This document shows positions 26,142-34,974 of a stretch of DNA of 64,000 nt, piece by piece (the first letter of the stretch is position 1; the number at the start of each line of letters is the position of its first letter). The position numbers and the translations under genes are program-made. Source of the stretch: a virus; IMG/VR virus record IMGVR_UViG_3300046819_000377, positions 3,802-67,801 of that record, one strand, 5' to 3'. The notes beneath the pieces are model-generated. The model was not told the origin of the DNA and did no database searches. It saw only the letters and a list, made by a program, of their open reading frames with translations.

Positions 26142-26377
26142 AATTAAGAACTATCAATACCAGTTCATTCGTTATCTTTTGTGATTGTCCATATGGCTTG
26201 GAATTTATTTTAGCTGACATTATGACAATATCAGTAATGCGGGTCTGGTGTAAGAAAAATTTCCGTACCTATAATTATTATTGGGAATGGTCCCCTGCTG
26301 GAACTGTGAGAACATTTTGCTTTAATTCAGAAGAAAACCGATCCTGGTTTATACTTAAATTTTCGGAGTATCTATGA
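26138..26377 (+). CDS. W-family variant (ends RSWFILKFSEYL*)
   Basis: ATGA overlap. Confidence 0.55.
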   Translation: MKLRTINTSSFVIFCDCPYGLEFILADIMTISVMRVWCKKNFRTYNYYWEWSPAGTVRTFCFNSEENRSWFILKFSEYL

Positions 26378-26601
26378 ATGCGGCTATTGATAATATATTG
26401 GATCATGCACATTGTAAATTCCCTGTAAAAATAAAAGACGATTACGGTATAATTTCAGAAATGACCCAATGGTGCAGAGACCATATTGGTACATATTACT
26501 TTACGTGGGATTGGGTAGTATATCGTGGTGTAAAAATGTTTTATTTTGAAAAAGAACATCACCGAACCTGGTTTATCATTAGATTTTCGGAGTACTTATG
26601 A
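26374..26601 (+). CDS. W-family variant (ends RTWFIIRFSEYL*)
   Basis: ATGA overlap. Confidence 0.55.
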   Translation: MNAAIDNILDHAHCKFPVKIKDDYGIISEMTQWCRDHIGTYYFTWDWVVYRGVKMFYFEKEHHRTWFIIRFSEYL

Positions 26602-26798
26602 GCGATGGTTATAACGATCCATTCCCATGGAAAGTACAGTTTAAGCCAAGCCGATATTTTCCAAAATATTATAATGAAATGGCAGATTTTTGTAATAAAA
26701 TGACAGATCATTGGGGAAGTGTAGAGTATACGTTTATGTTTGCATACGAAGAACATATGAACTGGTTTATACTTAAATTTTCGGAGTACTTGGAATGA
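26598..26798 (+). CDS. W-family variant (ends MNWFILKFSEYLE*)
   Basis: ATGA overlap. Confidence 0.55.
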   Translation: MSDGYNDPFPWKVQFKPSRYFPKYYNEMADFCNKMTDHWGSVEYTFMFAYEEHMNWFILKFSEYLE

Positions 26799-27043
26799 GT
26801 TTTTACATAGCAACCATACCATTTAAAGAATGGATAACTGATCCTATGCAACGCCCAATCGTTTACGTAAGTATGATTGAATGGTGCAAGGAAAATATAG
26901 AACCAAGACATCAACCAGAATCACCACACTACTGGTTCCCTAGAGCATTTCGTGGTAGAACTGGTGTGTATAAATTTCATTTCAGAGATGAACAAGACTA
27001 CAATAACTTTGTTCAACATTTTAAGTTGGAAGATGTCATATGA
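26795..27043 (+). CDS. hypothetical protein (82 aa)
   Basis: ATGA overlap. Confidence 0.5.
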   Translation: MSFYIATIPFKEWITDPMQRPIVYVSMIEWCKENIEPRHQPESPHYWFPRAFRGRTGVYKFHFRDEQDYNNFVQHFKLEDVI

Positions 27044-27270
27044 ATAAAACGATTAAGTGCATTTACGAATACGCGAAAACTGATGTTAACAGTGAAGAAG
27101 AACTAATCCAGAAATTTGCTGAAGGAATGCTTATGCAAATTGATGCAGTATTCAGATCACATTGCTATAACATAGATGATTACATGAAACTCAGTGATAA
27201 CGAACAGTTCTACTTGGTAGGAGCTGGTCTTTTACACACAAAAATAAAACGCCAGTTTAGTGAGGACTAA
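27040..27270 (+). CDS. hypothetical protein (76 aa)
   Basis: ATGA overlap. Confidence 0.5.
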   Translation: MNKTIKCIYEYAKTDVNSEEELIQKFAEGMLMQIDAVFRSHCYNIDDYMKLSDNEQFYLVGAGLLHTKIKRQFSED

Positions 27271-27369
27271 ATGAAAGATAAAATTGTTTCATTTGCAATT
27301 TACCTAGTACTATCATTTTTTGATTGGTTGTACAACGTACAAGCATGGATTAAGGAAAAATTTGATTGA
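27271..27369 (+). CDS. small hydrophobic peptide (32 aa)
   Basis: TAAATG junction. MKDKIVSFAIYLVLSFFDWLYNVQAWIKEKFD. Not in the ORF track. Confidence 0.25.
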   Translation: MKDKIVSFAIYLVLSFFDWLYNVQAWIKEKFD

Positions 27370-27394
27370 CATTTTCTATTAATTGATCTATACT
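27366..27394 (+). promoter_or_regulatory. candidate promoter TTGACA-N17-TATACT
   Basis: TTGACA 27366-27371, TATACT 27389-27394. Confidence 0.4.
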
Positions 27395-27424
27395 ATGGTC
27401 ATCTCAACATTAAAAAGGGTTAAC

Positions 27425-27601
27425 ATGACAACTTATGCATTATTTTTATATCTATCAACTGGTATTCTTCAGAACGCAACTGGTGGTCCGGCAGTAGTTG
27501 ATGGATTTACAACAATGGAAAAATGCGAAGCAGCTATTCAAGCTGCAAAAGCACAATTGAAACAATATGATTGGGGTAAATGTATGAAGGTAGATAAATG
27601 A
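27425..27601 (+). CDS. small secreted protein (signal peptide)
   Basis: MTTYALFLYLSTGILQNATGGPA. Confidence 0.45.
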   Translation: MTTYALFLYLSTGILQNATGGPAVVDGFTTMEKCEAAIQAAKAQLKQYDWGKCMKVDK

Positions 27602-27783
27602 CAAATACACCAACTATTGCAGAACTACTCACCCGCATCGCAAATCTTGAATCACGATTGGAAGAATTACAAATTATGTATGATAACAAATGTGATGCAC
27701 TAGCAGATGTGAAAAAAGAATATGCCGAATATCGATCAGAAGTGGTATGGGGAAATGACAGAAACCAAATGGGGTGTTTTTAA
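27598..27783 (+). CDS. hypothetical protein (61 aa), coiled coil
   Basis: ATGA overlap. Confidence 0.45.
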   Translation: MTNTPTIAELLTRIANLESRLEELQIMYDNKCDALADVKKEYAEYRSEVVWGNDRNQMGCF

Positions 27784-27784
27784 A

Positions 27785-28099
27785 ATGACATTCATTGAAC
27801 AAGTATTTAAAATTTCTGATTCAGTTAAAAACGACCGAACTGTGCTTGGTGTCCTCGGACATACTATGTCTGAACTGGGTGAACTAGCAGAAGAAGTAAC
27901 CATTGATCAAGGACAAAGTTATAAGAATCCAGGTGATGATGGTGTTATAGGCGAAGCGATCGATACGATTATATGTATTCTAGATTTGATACGAATCACA
28001 TATCCAAATATAACCGAACAAGATTTGCAACAAATCGCTGAAATTAAATTACAAAAATGGGTTGATAAAACCAACAATAAAGGTGGACAAAATGGGTAG
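27785..28099 (+). CDS. mazG: MazG-like nucleoside triphosphate pyrophosphohydrolase (putative)
   Basis: LGVLGHTMSELGELAEEV and GEAIDTIICILDL helices resemble the MazG EExxE/D signature. Confidence 0.45.
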   Translation: MTFIEQVFKISDSVKNDRTVLGVLGHTMSELGELAEEVTIDQGQSYKNPGDDGVIGEAIDTIICILDLIRITYPNITEQDLQQIAEIKLQKWVDKTNNKGGQNG

Positions 28100-29045
28100 T
28101 TGGGCAGGTAGTTGTGCTATTAGTAATCTTCATATTAAAGATCAAGACGATGTAGTTGTATTTGCATTACTTAAAAATAAAGATGAACTCAATAATTTTA
28201 TTTACAATAATTCATTGTATTCAGTTTGCCCCCTACCATTTTATGCAACCTACAACGATTACGGAGCATGCATCAATGAGCATGGTGCCGGTTTCGATCC
28301 ATTCATGAAATTACTTACTCAACGGATGGTTGAATTTGAAATTGGTGATAATAAGTACCATGATATCGAAGTAAAAAAAGAAGGATTCAATGCAGAAAAA
28401 ATGTGGGATGCAAATCATGAAGAAAGATTGTATTTCAAACCATATGGAAAAGATCAACTTAAAGTAGAATTGATTATGGTTCATCGTGCGGTATTTGATG
28501 CAATCATTGCCGAACGACATCAATACATGGCCAAAAATCAAGATGGTGAATATGTATATTTTTATTACACATTTCAAGATGTTGCTGACTTGGTTCCAGC
28601 ATTTGTTGATACACTATATGATGCCATCTCTGAGATCAGTGCATTATCTGATACCATCACAAAGTGCGACGCAATATCTACTCAGCAGCTCATGATGAAA
28701 AAATATATGCTCCCAGTAACTGTATTCAACTATGATGAAAATAATAAATTATCAAGATACCTATCTAATGACTCATATAAATGGGCAATTGTCGATCGGC
28801 TTAAAGATTACATAATTCAATATGCTGAAAAATACAGTAAAGAAGAAACAATTGCATTAATTGTTGAATTATTGAAAGGTATCTTTGTCGATGATTTTGT
28901 TACTGATACCCGTAAATTATGGGTTCCACCAAGTGGCCGTGGTAGTCAATCACAAGCACATAGCCCATATAGAACTTTAATCAAAGCAATGTCTGAAATT
29001 CTTGATAAAGAAAAAGAAGAATGGGATTCAGATGACGACGATTAA
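28092..29045 (+). CDS. hypothetical protein (about 317 aa), acidic C-terminus
   Basis: SD AGGTGG before ATG 28092. Confidence 0.6.
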   Translation: MGSWAGSCAISNLHIKDQDDVVVFALLKNKDELNNFIYNNSLYSVCPLPFYATYNDYGACINEHGAGFDPFMKLLTQRMVEFEIGDNKYHDIEVKKEGFNAEKMWDANHEERLYFKPYGKDQLKVELIMVHRAVFDAIIAERHQYMAKNQDGEYVYFYYTFQDVADLVPAFVDTLYDAISEISALSDTITKCDAISTQQLMMKKYMLPVTVFNYDENNKLSRYLSNDSYKWAIVDRLKDYIIQYAEKYSKEETIALIVELLKGIFVDDFVTDTRKLWVPPSGRGSQSQAHSPYRTLIKAMSEILDKEKEEWDSDDDD

Positions 29046-29069
29046 CTCTAATTTCTAGTTGACACATTA

Positions 29070-29100
29070 AAAGAAAGTAGACATTATATCTACTTTCTTT
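29070..29100 (+). terminator. hairpin, perfect 12-bp stem (AAAGAAAGTAGA/TCTACTTTCTTT); terminator-like
   Basis: Follows the 29045 stop. Preceded by TTGACA 29059-29064. Confidence 0.5.
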
Positions 29101-29109
29101 GGAGGATTT

Positions 29110-29250
29110 ATGGTATATGTGATTATTATGATCGCCCAGTTAGCAACAGTTCTATTTACTTCATTATTATTTGGACGAGCTGGGTTTCTTGGTGCACTAA
29201 CCGGTGTTATTGTTTATTGGGTATTTCGTCTACTTGGGGTAGATTGGTAA
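29110..29250 (+). CDS. small membrane peptide (46 aa, 2 TM)
   Basis: SD GGAGG. MVYVIIMIAQLATVLFTSLLFGRAGFLGALTGVIVYWVF.. Not in the ORF track. Confidence 0.35.
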   Translation: MVYVIIMIAQLATVLFTSLLFGRAGFLGALTGVIVYWVFRLLGVDW

Positions 29251-29260
29251 CCAATCCAGC

Positions 29261-29288
29261 TTGACAAATATAAGTAATAGTGTATAAT
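29261..29288 (+). promoter_or_regulatory. sigma70 consensus promoter TTGACA-N16-TATAAT (nadV)
   Basis: TTGACA 29261-29266, TATAAT 29283-29288. 5' UTR hairpin CAATACATTG..CAATGTATT. SD AAGGAG. Confidence 0.65.
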
Positions 29289-29339
29289 ACACAATACATT
29301 GATAGACAATGTATTAATTAATTTTTAAGGAGTTTAAAA

Positions 29340-30803
29340 ATGATAGAACATCTAAAACAACAAAATTTTATCTTACAAGCCGATGCGTACAAAGCTACAC
29401 ATTGGAAGCAATTAAAAAGATCAACTAACAAATCTTACTCGGTTATCGTCCCACGCAAAGTTAGCAAATATTCGGATATCATAGTTGCAATGGGGCAATC
29501 AATGGTTGCTTCATATTTTGCATCTGTCCGTATCACCGATGAAATGATCGATGAAGCTGAATTGGAAATTACCGAACAAGGCTATGATTTCTACCGAGCT
29601 GGATGGGAATATATTGCACACGAATTAGACGGTAAATTACCATTAGCAATTTTTGGTGTTGAAGAAGGTCGTATCGTACAACCACAAACGCCTATTTTAG
29701 GCATTATTAATACCGATGACCGTTCAGCTTGGTTACCTGCATACTCGGAAACTATTGCACAAGATATTATCTGGACAATGAGTTCAGTAGCAAGTTTATC
29801 GTTAGCAATTAGAAAAACATTTGCACATTATATCGAAGAAACTGGTGCTCACATGAATCAGTTGAACACCCGTTGTCATTTCTTTGGTGATCGTGGTGGT
29901 AGTTCTCCTGAATCTGCAGTACTTACTGCCATAGCACATGCCGTAATTTTTGATGGCAGTGATTGTTTACAAGCCAATCGTTATATCAAACGTTTGTATA
30001 ACACTTCAAAAGCATATACTTCAAGTATTGTTGCCACCGAACACAGTACAATGTGTGATAATTCTGACGCAACTACCAAAGATGATTACGGTGCAGCAGT
30101 AATGGCAGTCGAATTACTGGAACAAGCAGTTGAACGCACTAAAACCCGTGGAATTGGTATTCCAATGATTAGTGCAGTTATTGACACATACGATAGTCGT
30201 AGATTTGTCAGAGATTATGTTGGTGGTCCTGAATTAAAAGAACGTGTTATCAATAGTGGTGGTACATTTGTGTTTCGTCCTGATTCTGGTGATATTACAG
30301 TAGAGCCAGGTATGGTCGGTAATGACATTGAATATGCATTTGGTGTAGAAGTCAATGAAAAAGGATACAAAGTTATCCCTTGCTATACCGCAGTATTACA
30401 AGGCGATGGTATTAAATGGAATACTTACGAAAGTGTAATTAAAGGATGGGTTGATGCTGGTTTCAGTATTGATAACTTTGCTATTGGTATGGGCGCTGGA
30501 TTATCAAATGGTACTTCAAGAGACGATTTCAGTTTCAGTATGAAAAGTATTGCAACATTTGATGGGCTGCGTTGGACTCGTAAATTAAAAGAACCAAAAA
30601 CCGATCTTGGTAAAAAATCATTATCAGGATTAGTTAGATGTCGTGAAGATGCCAATGGTAACTTGGAAGTATACGATGCTATACACGAAGGCAACGAGTA
30701 CGGTTTTATGTATCCAGGTTCTGGTTGGAAGTTATGGTTTGAAAACGGCCATAGAAAATATCGTCAATCTTTTGATGAAGTCCGTGAATGGGCTTCAAAG
30801 TAA
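29340..30803 (+). CDS. nadV: nicotinamide phosphoribosyltransferase (NAMPT / NadV)
   Basis: N-terminal ILQADAYKATHW. Full-length (487 aa) with the NAMPT signature. Confidence 0.85.
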   Translation: MIEHLKQQNFILQADAYKATHWKQLKRSTNKSYSVIVPRKVSKYSDIIVAMGQSMVASYFASVRITDEMIDEAELEITEQGYDFYRAGWEYIAHELDGKLPLAIFGVEEGRIVQPQTPILGIINTDDRSAWLPAYSETIAQDIIWTMSSVASLSLAIRKTFAHYIEETGAHMNQLNTRCHFFGDRGGSSPESAVLTAIAHAVIFDGSDCLQANRYIKRLYNTSKAYTSSIVATEHSTMCDNSDATTKDDYGAAVMAVELLEQAVERTKTRGIGIPMISAVIDTYDSRRFVRDYVGGPELKERVINSGGTFVFRPDSGDITVEPGMVGNDIEYAFGVEVNEKGYKVIPCYTAVLQGDGIKWNTYESVIKGWVDAGFSIDNFAIGMGAGLSNGTSRDDFSFSMKSIATFDGLRWTRKLKEPKTDLGKKSLSGLVRCREDANGNLEVYDAIHEGNEYGFMYPGSGWKLWFENGHRKYRQSFDEVREWASK

Positions 30804-30830
30804 CATCTGAAAAACTATAGATGAGGAATT

Positions 30831-31073
30831 ATGTCAACAAAATATAGAATAACATCTGACATGGATGAACGTATGCGTATAAGATTTTCCATAGATCGCT
30901 ATGAAAAACACTTCATATTGTTTGGTGAATGGATTAGGGTGAAATCATGGTTGGACTCATTAGAAGACGCTGAATCATATTTAAAACAGTTACTTGCAAA
31001 AGATACTGAAGCCATGATTATAGAAAAAGAAATTTCTAATTATGGTACGAAAGTACATAAGGTGATAGAATGA
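30831..31073 (+). CDS. hypothetical protein (80 aa), paralogue of next gene
   Basis: KYRITSDMDERMRIRF / EDAESYLKQLL. Confidence 0.5.
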   Translation: MSTKYRITSDMDERMRIRFSIDRYEKHFILFGEWIRVKSWLDSLEDAESYLKQLLAKDTEAMIIEKEISNYGTKVHKVIE

Positions 31074-31318
31074 AACGAAAATATCGAATAATATCACGCA
31101 TGACCTATGGTAAAATCACGTACAGAGTAGAAGTGAAAACTTCTTACTTTTATTGGATACTAACCAGTGGTTGGGTATCAGCAACTAATAAATCTTTCGA
31201 TAGTCAAGAAGATGCTGAAAGATGGGTGGTTGATGAAATAACCGAATGGTCAGATTATTATAAAACCAAACTCATGGATGATGAGTATGGTGTTAAAAAA
31301 CACGGGGAATATGAATGA
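31070..31318 (+). CDS. hypothetical protein (82 aa), paralogue of previous
   Basis: KYRIISRMTYGKITYRV / EDAERWVVDEI. Confidence 0.5.
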   Translation: MKRKYRIISRMTYGKITYRVEVKTSYFYWILTSGWVSATNKSFDSQEDAERWVVDEITEWSDYYKTKLMDDEYGVKKHGEYE

Positions 31319-31575
31319 GACATATTTATTGGATAGAAGTGATTGAGCGAGTGCCCGGTACACTTGATAGCAAGAAAGTGATCCAATCATATCCATTCCC
31401 AGATGTCCAAATCGATCCATTTGGATTTGATTTGTTAAATTTTAAAAGCCAAATTGAACTGATTGAAGATAAATCGTTGCGCGAATCAACCGCTAGACGG
31501 TATTCATTCATCACGGATATTTGGCATCCAACCCACTTTTTTCAAGTGGTATTGAAACCATGGAAATATGAGTAA
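31315..31575 (+). CDS. hypothetical protein (86 aa)
   Basis: ATGA overlap. Confidence 0.5.
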   Translation: MRHIYWIEVIERVPGTLDSKKVIQSYPFPDVQIDPFGFDLLNFKSQIELIEDKSLRESTARRYSFITDIWHPTHFFQVVLKPWKYE

Positions 31576-31948
31576 TAATATGGCAGTAATAACACTTGAC
31601 TCTTATCTGGATTTAATCAAATATAAAATCACAGAAGGTACTGACTACAATTGGCAATGTTATGGCAGTTCAGCATATATATTGACCAGATGGGATGACC
31701 GACAATACGAATTAAACATCATATTTGATACAGTTGATAGAACTGTGTATCAGGTAGATTTTCATGACTATGTGAAGGATAAATCTTACATTTGGATTAA
31801 TCATGAGTTCCGCCAATCATTTATTGATGAATCAAACAGTCGTGGGCTTGATGCATTCAATGCATATGAGGACATGAATTTCATAGATCTATCATCAAAG
31901 ACAGATGAACTGATTAATATCATCAGTAATATTGTAGACAGTGAGTAA
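31568..31948 (+). CDS. hypothetical protein (126 aa)
   Basis: ORF track. Confidence 0.5.
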   Translation: MSNNMAVITLDSYLDLIKYKITEGTDYNWQCYGSSAYILTRWDDRQYELNIIFDTVDRTVYQVDFHDYVKDKSYIWINHEFRQSFIDESNSRGLDAFNAYEDMNFIDLSSKTDELINIISNIVDSE

Positions 31949-31951
31949 ACA

Positions 31952-32128
31952 ATGATTAGACTAATTATAGCTTTTGTAGTATTATATGGTTTTTTTCATG
32001 TGGGGATTGATTTTTTACGTTTGTTAAATGAACAAGAAAAATTAAGCTTGACAAAGACTGTTGTATACAGTATTATATGCTCTCTCTTGACGGTTATCAC
32101 ATTAACCATATTTGTAATTTTATTTTGA
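31952..32128 (+). CDS. small membrane protein (58 aa, 2 TM), NfeD-like position upstream of SPFH gene
   Basis: MIRLIIAFVVLYGFFHVGIDFL... Not in the ORF track. Confidence 0.4.
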   Translation: MIRLIIAFVVLYGFFHVGIDFLRLLNEQEKLSLTKTVVYSIICSLLTVITLTIFVILF

Positions 32129-32135
32129 GGTAAAC

Positions 32136-32927
32136 ATGAAATACACACTAAAATTGACAGCTTTAGCATTAGTCGCAGCCACTTTATCTGGTTGCGTTCG
32201 TGTAGAATCTGGTCACATCGGTATCCGTAGAGATATCAACAAACAAATCGTACCAACTGAACTACAACCCGGTTCATGGAATCAAGTTATTATTGGTGAT
32301 GTTTTAACAGTACCAGTTAAAGATGTTGCTGTGAAAATCGAAGATTTATCACCGGTTGCAAAAGACAATTCAACCATGAAAGATTTTGATTTGGTTGTAA
32401 TTTACAATGTGAATCCTAATTCAGGTGCAGAATTGTACACCACTAAAAACTCAGCATTCCATGCATATGACGGCAGTGATAGTTACTTAATGTATAACTA
32501 CATTGTCAATGTAGCAAGAAATGCGGTATACAAATCTGCTCGGAAATACGAGGCGTTGGAAATGAATGATGCACGACCAGCAATCGAGCAGGAAGTAAAA
32601 GAACTGATTGTTAAATCTCTCGAAGAAGAACATTTAGCAACTGATTTGACCATTAGCCAGGTCATGGTCAAAAGTATCGTTCCAGCTGATTCAATTGTAC
32701 AATCTGCAAATGAGTTGGTTCGTGCTAAAAACTCTTATAAACAAAAAGAGATTGAAGTACAAACTGCTAAACAAGAAGCCGAACGTATCTCAGTATTAAA
32801 TAGCAACAAAGGTGCGGTTGAATATATGCAAGCAATGGCAATGATGAATATTTCAGAAGGTATCAAAGAAGGCAAGGTGCAAACAATTGTTGTCCCTTCC
32901 AATTTCACCGCTCTGATGATGAAATAA
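32136..32927 (+). CDS. SPFH/band-7 domain lipoprotein
   Basis: Lipobox LSGC. SPFH-like core followed by a coiled coil KQKEIEVQTAKQEAERISV. Confidence 0.6.
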   Translation: MKYTLKLTALALVAATLSGCVRVESGHIGIRRDINKQIVPTELQPGSWNQVIIGDVLTVPVKDVAVKIEDLSPVAKDNSTMKDFDLVVIYNVNPNSGAELYTTKNSAFHAYDGSDSYLMYNYIVNVARNAVYKSARKYEALEMNDARPAIEQEVKELIVKSLEEEHLATDLTISQVMVKSIVPADSIVQSANELVRAKNSYKQKEIEVQTAKQEAERISVLNSNKGAVEYMQAMAMMNISEGIKEGKVQTIVVPSNFTALMMK

Positions 32928-32935
32928 CACAACAA

Positions 32936-32956
32936 GGCCACTTCGGTGGCCTTTTT
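32936..32956 (+). terminator. rho-independent terminator
   Basis: GGCCAC-ttcg-GTGGCC + TTTTT. Confidence 0.75.
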
Positions 32957-32969
32957 CTATTGGGGAAAC

Positions 32970-33296
32970 ATGGAAGTAATAATACCAGAATATGTGGTTG
33001 GCACAAGAAATATTCGAGATTCACGTCAAATTCTCATGAGATTTCCAAATAACTATGGTGCATCGATAATACAAGGTCCATATACTTATGGTGGAGATCA
33101 AGGATTATATGAAGTTGCTGTTGTACACTTTCCATCATGTGAGGACGAGTATATAATAGACTATGATAATCCAGTTAGTAATGGCGATGTTCTTGGATAT
33201 CTCAGTATGCCAGAAGTTCATGATACATTACGCAGAATTATTAATTTACCTATAATGGTGGAGAAACCAAATGAAACAAAACAGCTGGGATCATGA
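32970..33296 (+). CDS. hypothetical protein (about 108 aa)
   Basis: ATG 32970. The ORF-track GTG start lies within the terminator. Confidence 0.5.
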   Translation: MEVIIPEYVVGTRNIRDSRQILMRFPNNYGASIIQGPYTYGGDQGLYEVAVVHFPSCEDEYIIDYDNPVSNGDVLGYLSMPEVHDTLRRIINLPIMVEKPNETKQLGS

Positions 33297-33525
33297 TGAA
33301 GATCCATATTGCTTAATACCAGTTAACAGTTATATTGATAATGGTAAAACTAAAATAACCGGCTTCTGCAGCCCAGCAGGAAAAAGGATATCTAGGTTAA
33401 TGGTCCGAATTGAATATTCGGATGGTAGTACTACAACCCGTAGATATCTAGCTGTTCTTCAACAAACCAATCCAGAATTAGCGTCAAAACTTATAAAAAG
33501 GCTTAATAATGCAACTATCAACTAA
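33271..33525 (+). CDS. hypothetical protein (84 aa)
   Basis: ORF track. Confidence 0.5.
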   Translation: MKQNSWDHDEDPYCLIPVNSYIDNGKTKITGFCSPAGKRISRLMVRIEYSDGSTTTRRYLAVLQQTNPELASKLIKRLNNATIN

Positions 33526-33697
33526 TGAATTAAACAAAATACAAAAAACCTTGGAAAACTTCCCTGAAGTTTCTACGTTCGTAATCAACAACATACCAGG
33601 ACCAATCGGTAATATATTGACCATTTCATTTGAATATTACGTTAATGAAACTGTGTGTAATCTCACAGTTGAAATTACTGGGGTACAGGACTGGTAA
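33509..33697 (+). CDS. hypothetical protein (62 aa)
   Basis: ORF track. Confidence 0.45.
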   Translation: MQLSTNELNKIQKTLENFPEVSTFVINNIPGPIGNILTISFEYYVNETVCNLTVEITGVQDW

Positions 33698-33698
33698 T

Positions 33699-33884
33699 AT
33701 GTACATTCTAATCCTGCTGACCTCTTTAAAGGCACAATTTCATCATCAGGTGGAATTACGGCCAATTCCAGGGTTGAAATCGGAAACACAATGTCTGGCA
33801 TTGGGTAGAAGATTGGCATCCGAAATAAAACAAATCAATCCAGATATTGAAGTTAGATCATATTGTGAAGAGGGAAATAAATGA
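33699..33884 (+). CDS. small secreted protein (signal peptide)
   Basis: MYILILLTSLKAQF.. ATG overlaps upstream TAA. Confidence 0.45.
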   Translation: MYILILLTSLKAQFHHQVELRPIPGLKSETQCLALGRRLASEIKQINPDIEVRSYCEEGNK

Positions 33885-34276
33885 AAATAGGCATAACCGG
33901 TACTCGTTCTGGTATGAACATTGAACAAAAAATGGCCGTGGTTGACTTTCTCGCCAATCACCCAACTGCAGAATTACATCATGGTGATTGTGTTGGAGTT
34001 GATGTTGAAGTTGCAGAGATTGCAGCTGATCTCGGGTTGAAAACAGTGTGTCATCCACCCGTGATTGCATCACTACGAGCATTTCATGAGTCAGATGAAG
34101 TACGTGAACCATTCTCATATTTTGAAAGAAATCGCCATATTGTTCACGAAGCTGATATACTGTTGGTCATCCCATGGGAGGATTCACCTCAACCAACCGG
34201 CGGAACATGGTACACCCATGATTTTGCACAGAAAGTTGGTAAAGAATTCAAAGTGATCTATCCAAACCGCCATTAA
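33881..34276 (+). CDS. SLOG / DUF2493-like Rossmann-fold protein (YspA-like)
   Basis: KIGITGTRSG..HHGDCVGVDVEVAEIAADLGLKT.. matches the DUF2493 GxTGxR...hGga.GaD pattern. Confidence 0.5.
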   Translation: MKIGITGTRSGMNIEQKMAVVDFLANHPTAELHHGDCVGVDVEVAEIAADLGLKTVCHPPVIASLRAFHESDEVREPFSYFERNRHIVHEADILLVIPWEDSPQPTGGTWYTHDFAQKVGKEFKVIYPNRH

Positions 34277-34306
34277 GAAAAAAGCCCACATATGTGGGCT
34301 TTTTTG
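34277..34306. terminator. bidirectional terminator at convergence point (+ genes end, - genes begin)
   Basis: Palindrome AGCCCACATATGTGGGCT flanked by A-run and T-run. Confidence 0.75.
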
Positions 34307-34312
34307 TATCTA

Positions 34313-34633
34313 TCATTCCACAAAAAATTTGGTATCAGGGAATCTAACAATAGCCTTCTCCAATGCTTCTTCGATAGTTAACCCTTGCCCAAGGAATTGC
34401 CCAGATTCAGTATTAAATAAATAGGTCAATGTTCCATGATATTCAACCCTGACAATTACATCGGGTTCTTTGGCATTAAATTTGTTTTGATCATTGATCT
34501 TTTTTATTTCTTTGAGTTCTTCAATCATATCTTGCATTTTTTCTGGATGCTCGATCATATGGTACTTAAACATATAATGATTAGCTAACCAACCACATGC
34601 GAATATGATTGAATATATTAAAAACTGTCCCAT
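34313..34633 (-). CDS. membrane-anchored protein (106 aa), paralogue of 35405..35752
   Basis: N-terminal TM. C-terminus ..TIEEALEKAIVRFPDTKFFVE. Confidence 0.55.
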   Translation of the reverse strand: MGQFLIYSIIFACGWLANHYMFKYHMIEHPEKMQDMIEELKEIKKINDQNKFNAKEPDVIVRVEYHGTLTYLFNTESGQFLGQGLTIEEALEKAIVRFPDTKFFVE

Positions 34634-34663
34634 GGATATATCCTCCGTTTATAATATTTAGTC

Positions 34664-34692
34664 AAAGAAAAACCCTCCGAAGAGGGTTTTGT
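34664..34692. terminator. bidirectional hairpin terminator
   Basis: AAACCCTC-cgaa-GAGGGTTT with flanking A/T runs. Confidence 0.6.
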
Positions 34693-34695
34693 AAA

Positions 34696-34971
34696 TTACG
34701 GATTGGTAAGATCTACACTCAGTAAAGCTAGTGTGATAACTGTTTCATTTTTAACAAAGATCCGACATCGGAGCTTTTTGTTTATATACTTGCTGTCACA
34801 AGTCCATGGATGATGTATTTTTTGTAGATGAGTATATGGCTCAGGGCCATATTTGGATGACAAAAATCTTGCTATTTTTCCAACAGCAGATTTATAGTCA
34901 TCGAATTGGATAGCATGTGTGAATCCAAAGTTGGACATTGTATATCGTTTGTCTAATTTAATTACTTTCAT
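34696..34971 (-). CDS. hypothetical protein (91 aa)
   Basis: ORF track. Confidence 0.5.
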   Translation of the reverse strand: MKVIKLDKRYTMSNFGFTHAIQFDDYKSAVGKIARFLSSKYGPEPYTHLQKIHHPWTCDSKYINKKLRCRIFVKNETVITLALLSVDLTNP

Positions 34972-34974
34972 TTT

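Noticed and set aside
29055-29100. TTGACA + hairpin considered as promoter for the 29110 peptide
   Set aside because: No good -10 at correct spacing (only CATTAT or TATATC). Kept as hairpin/terminator only.
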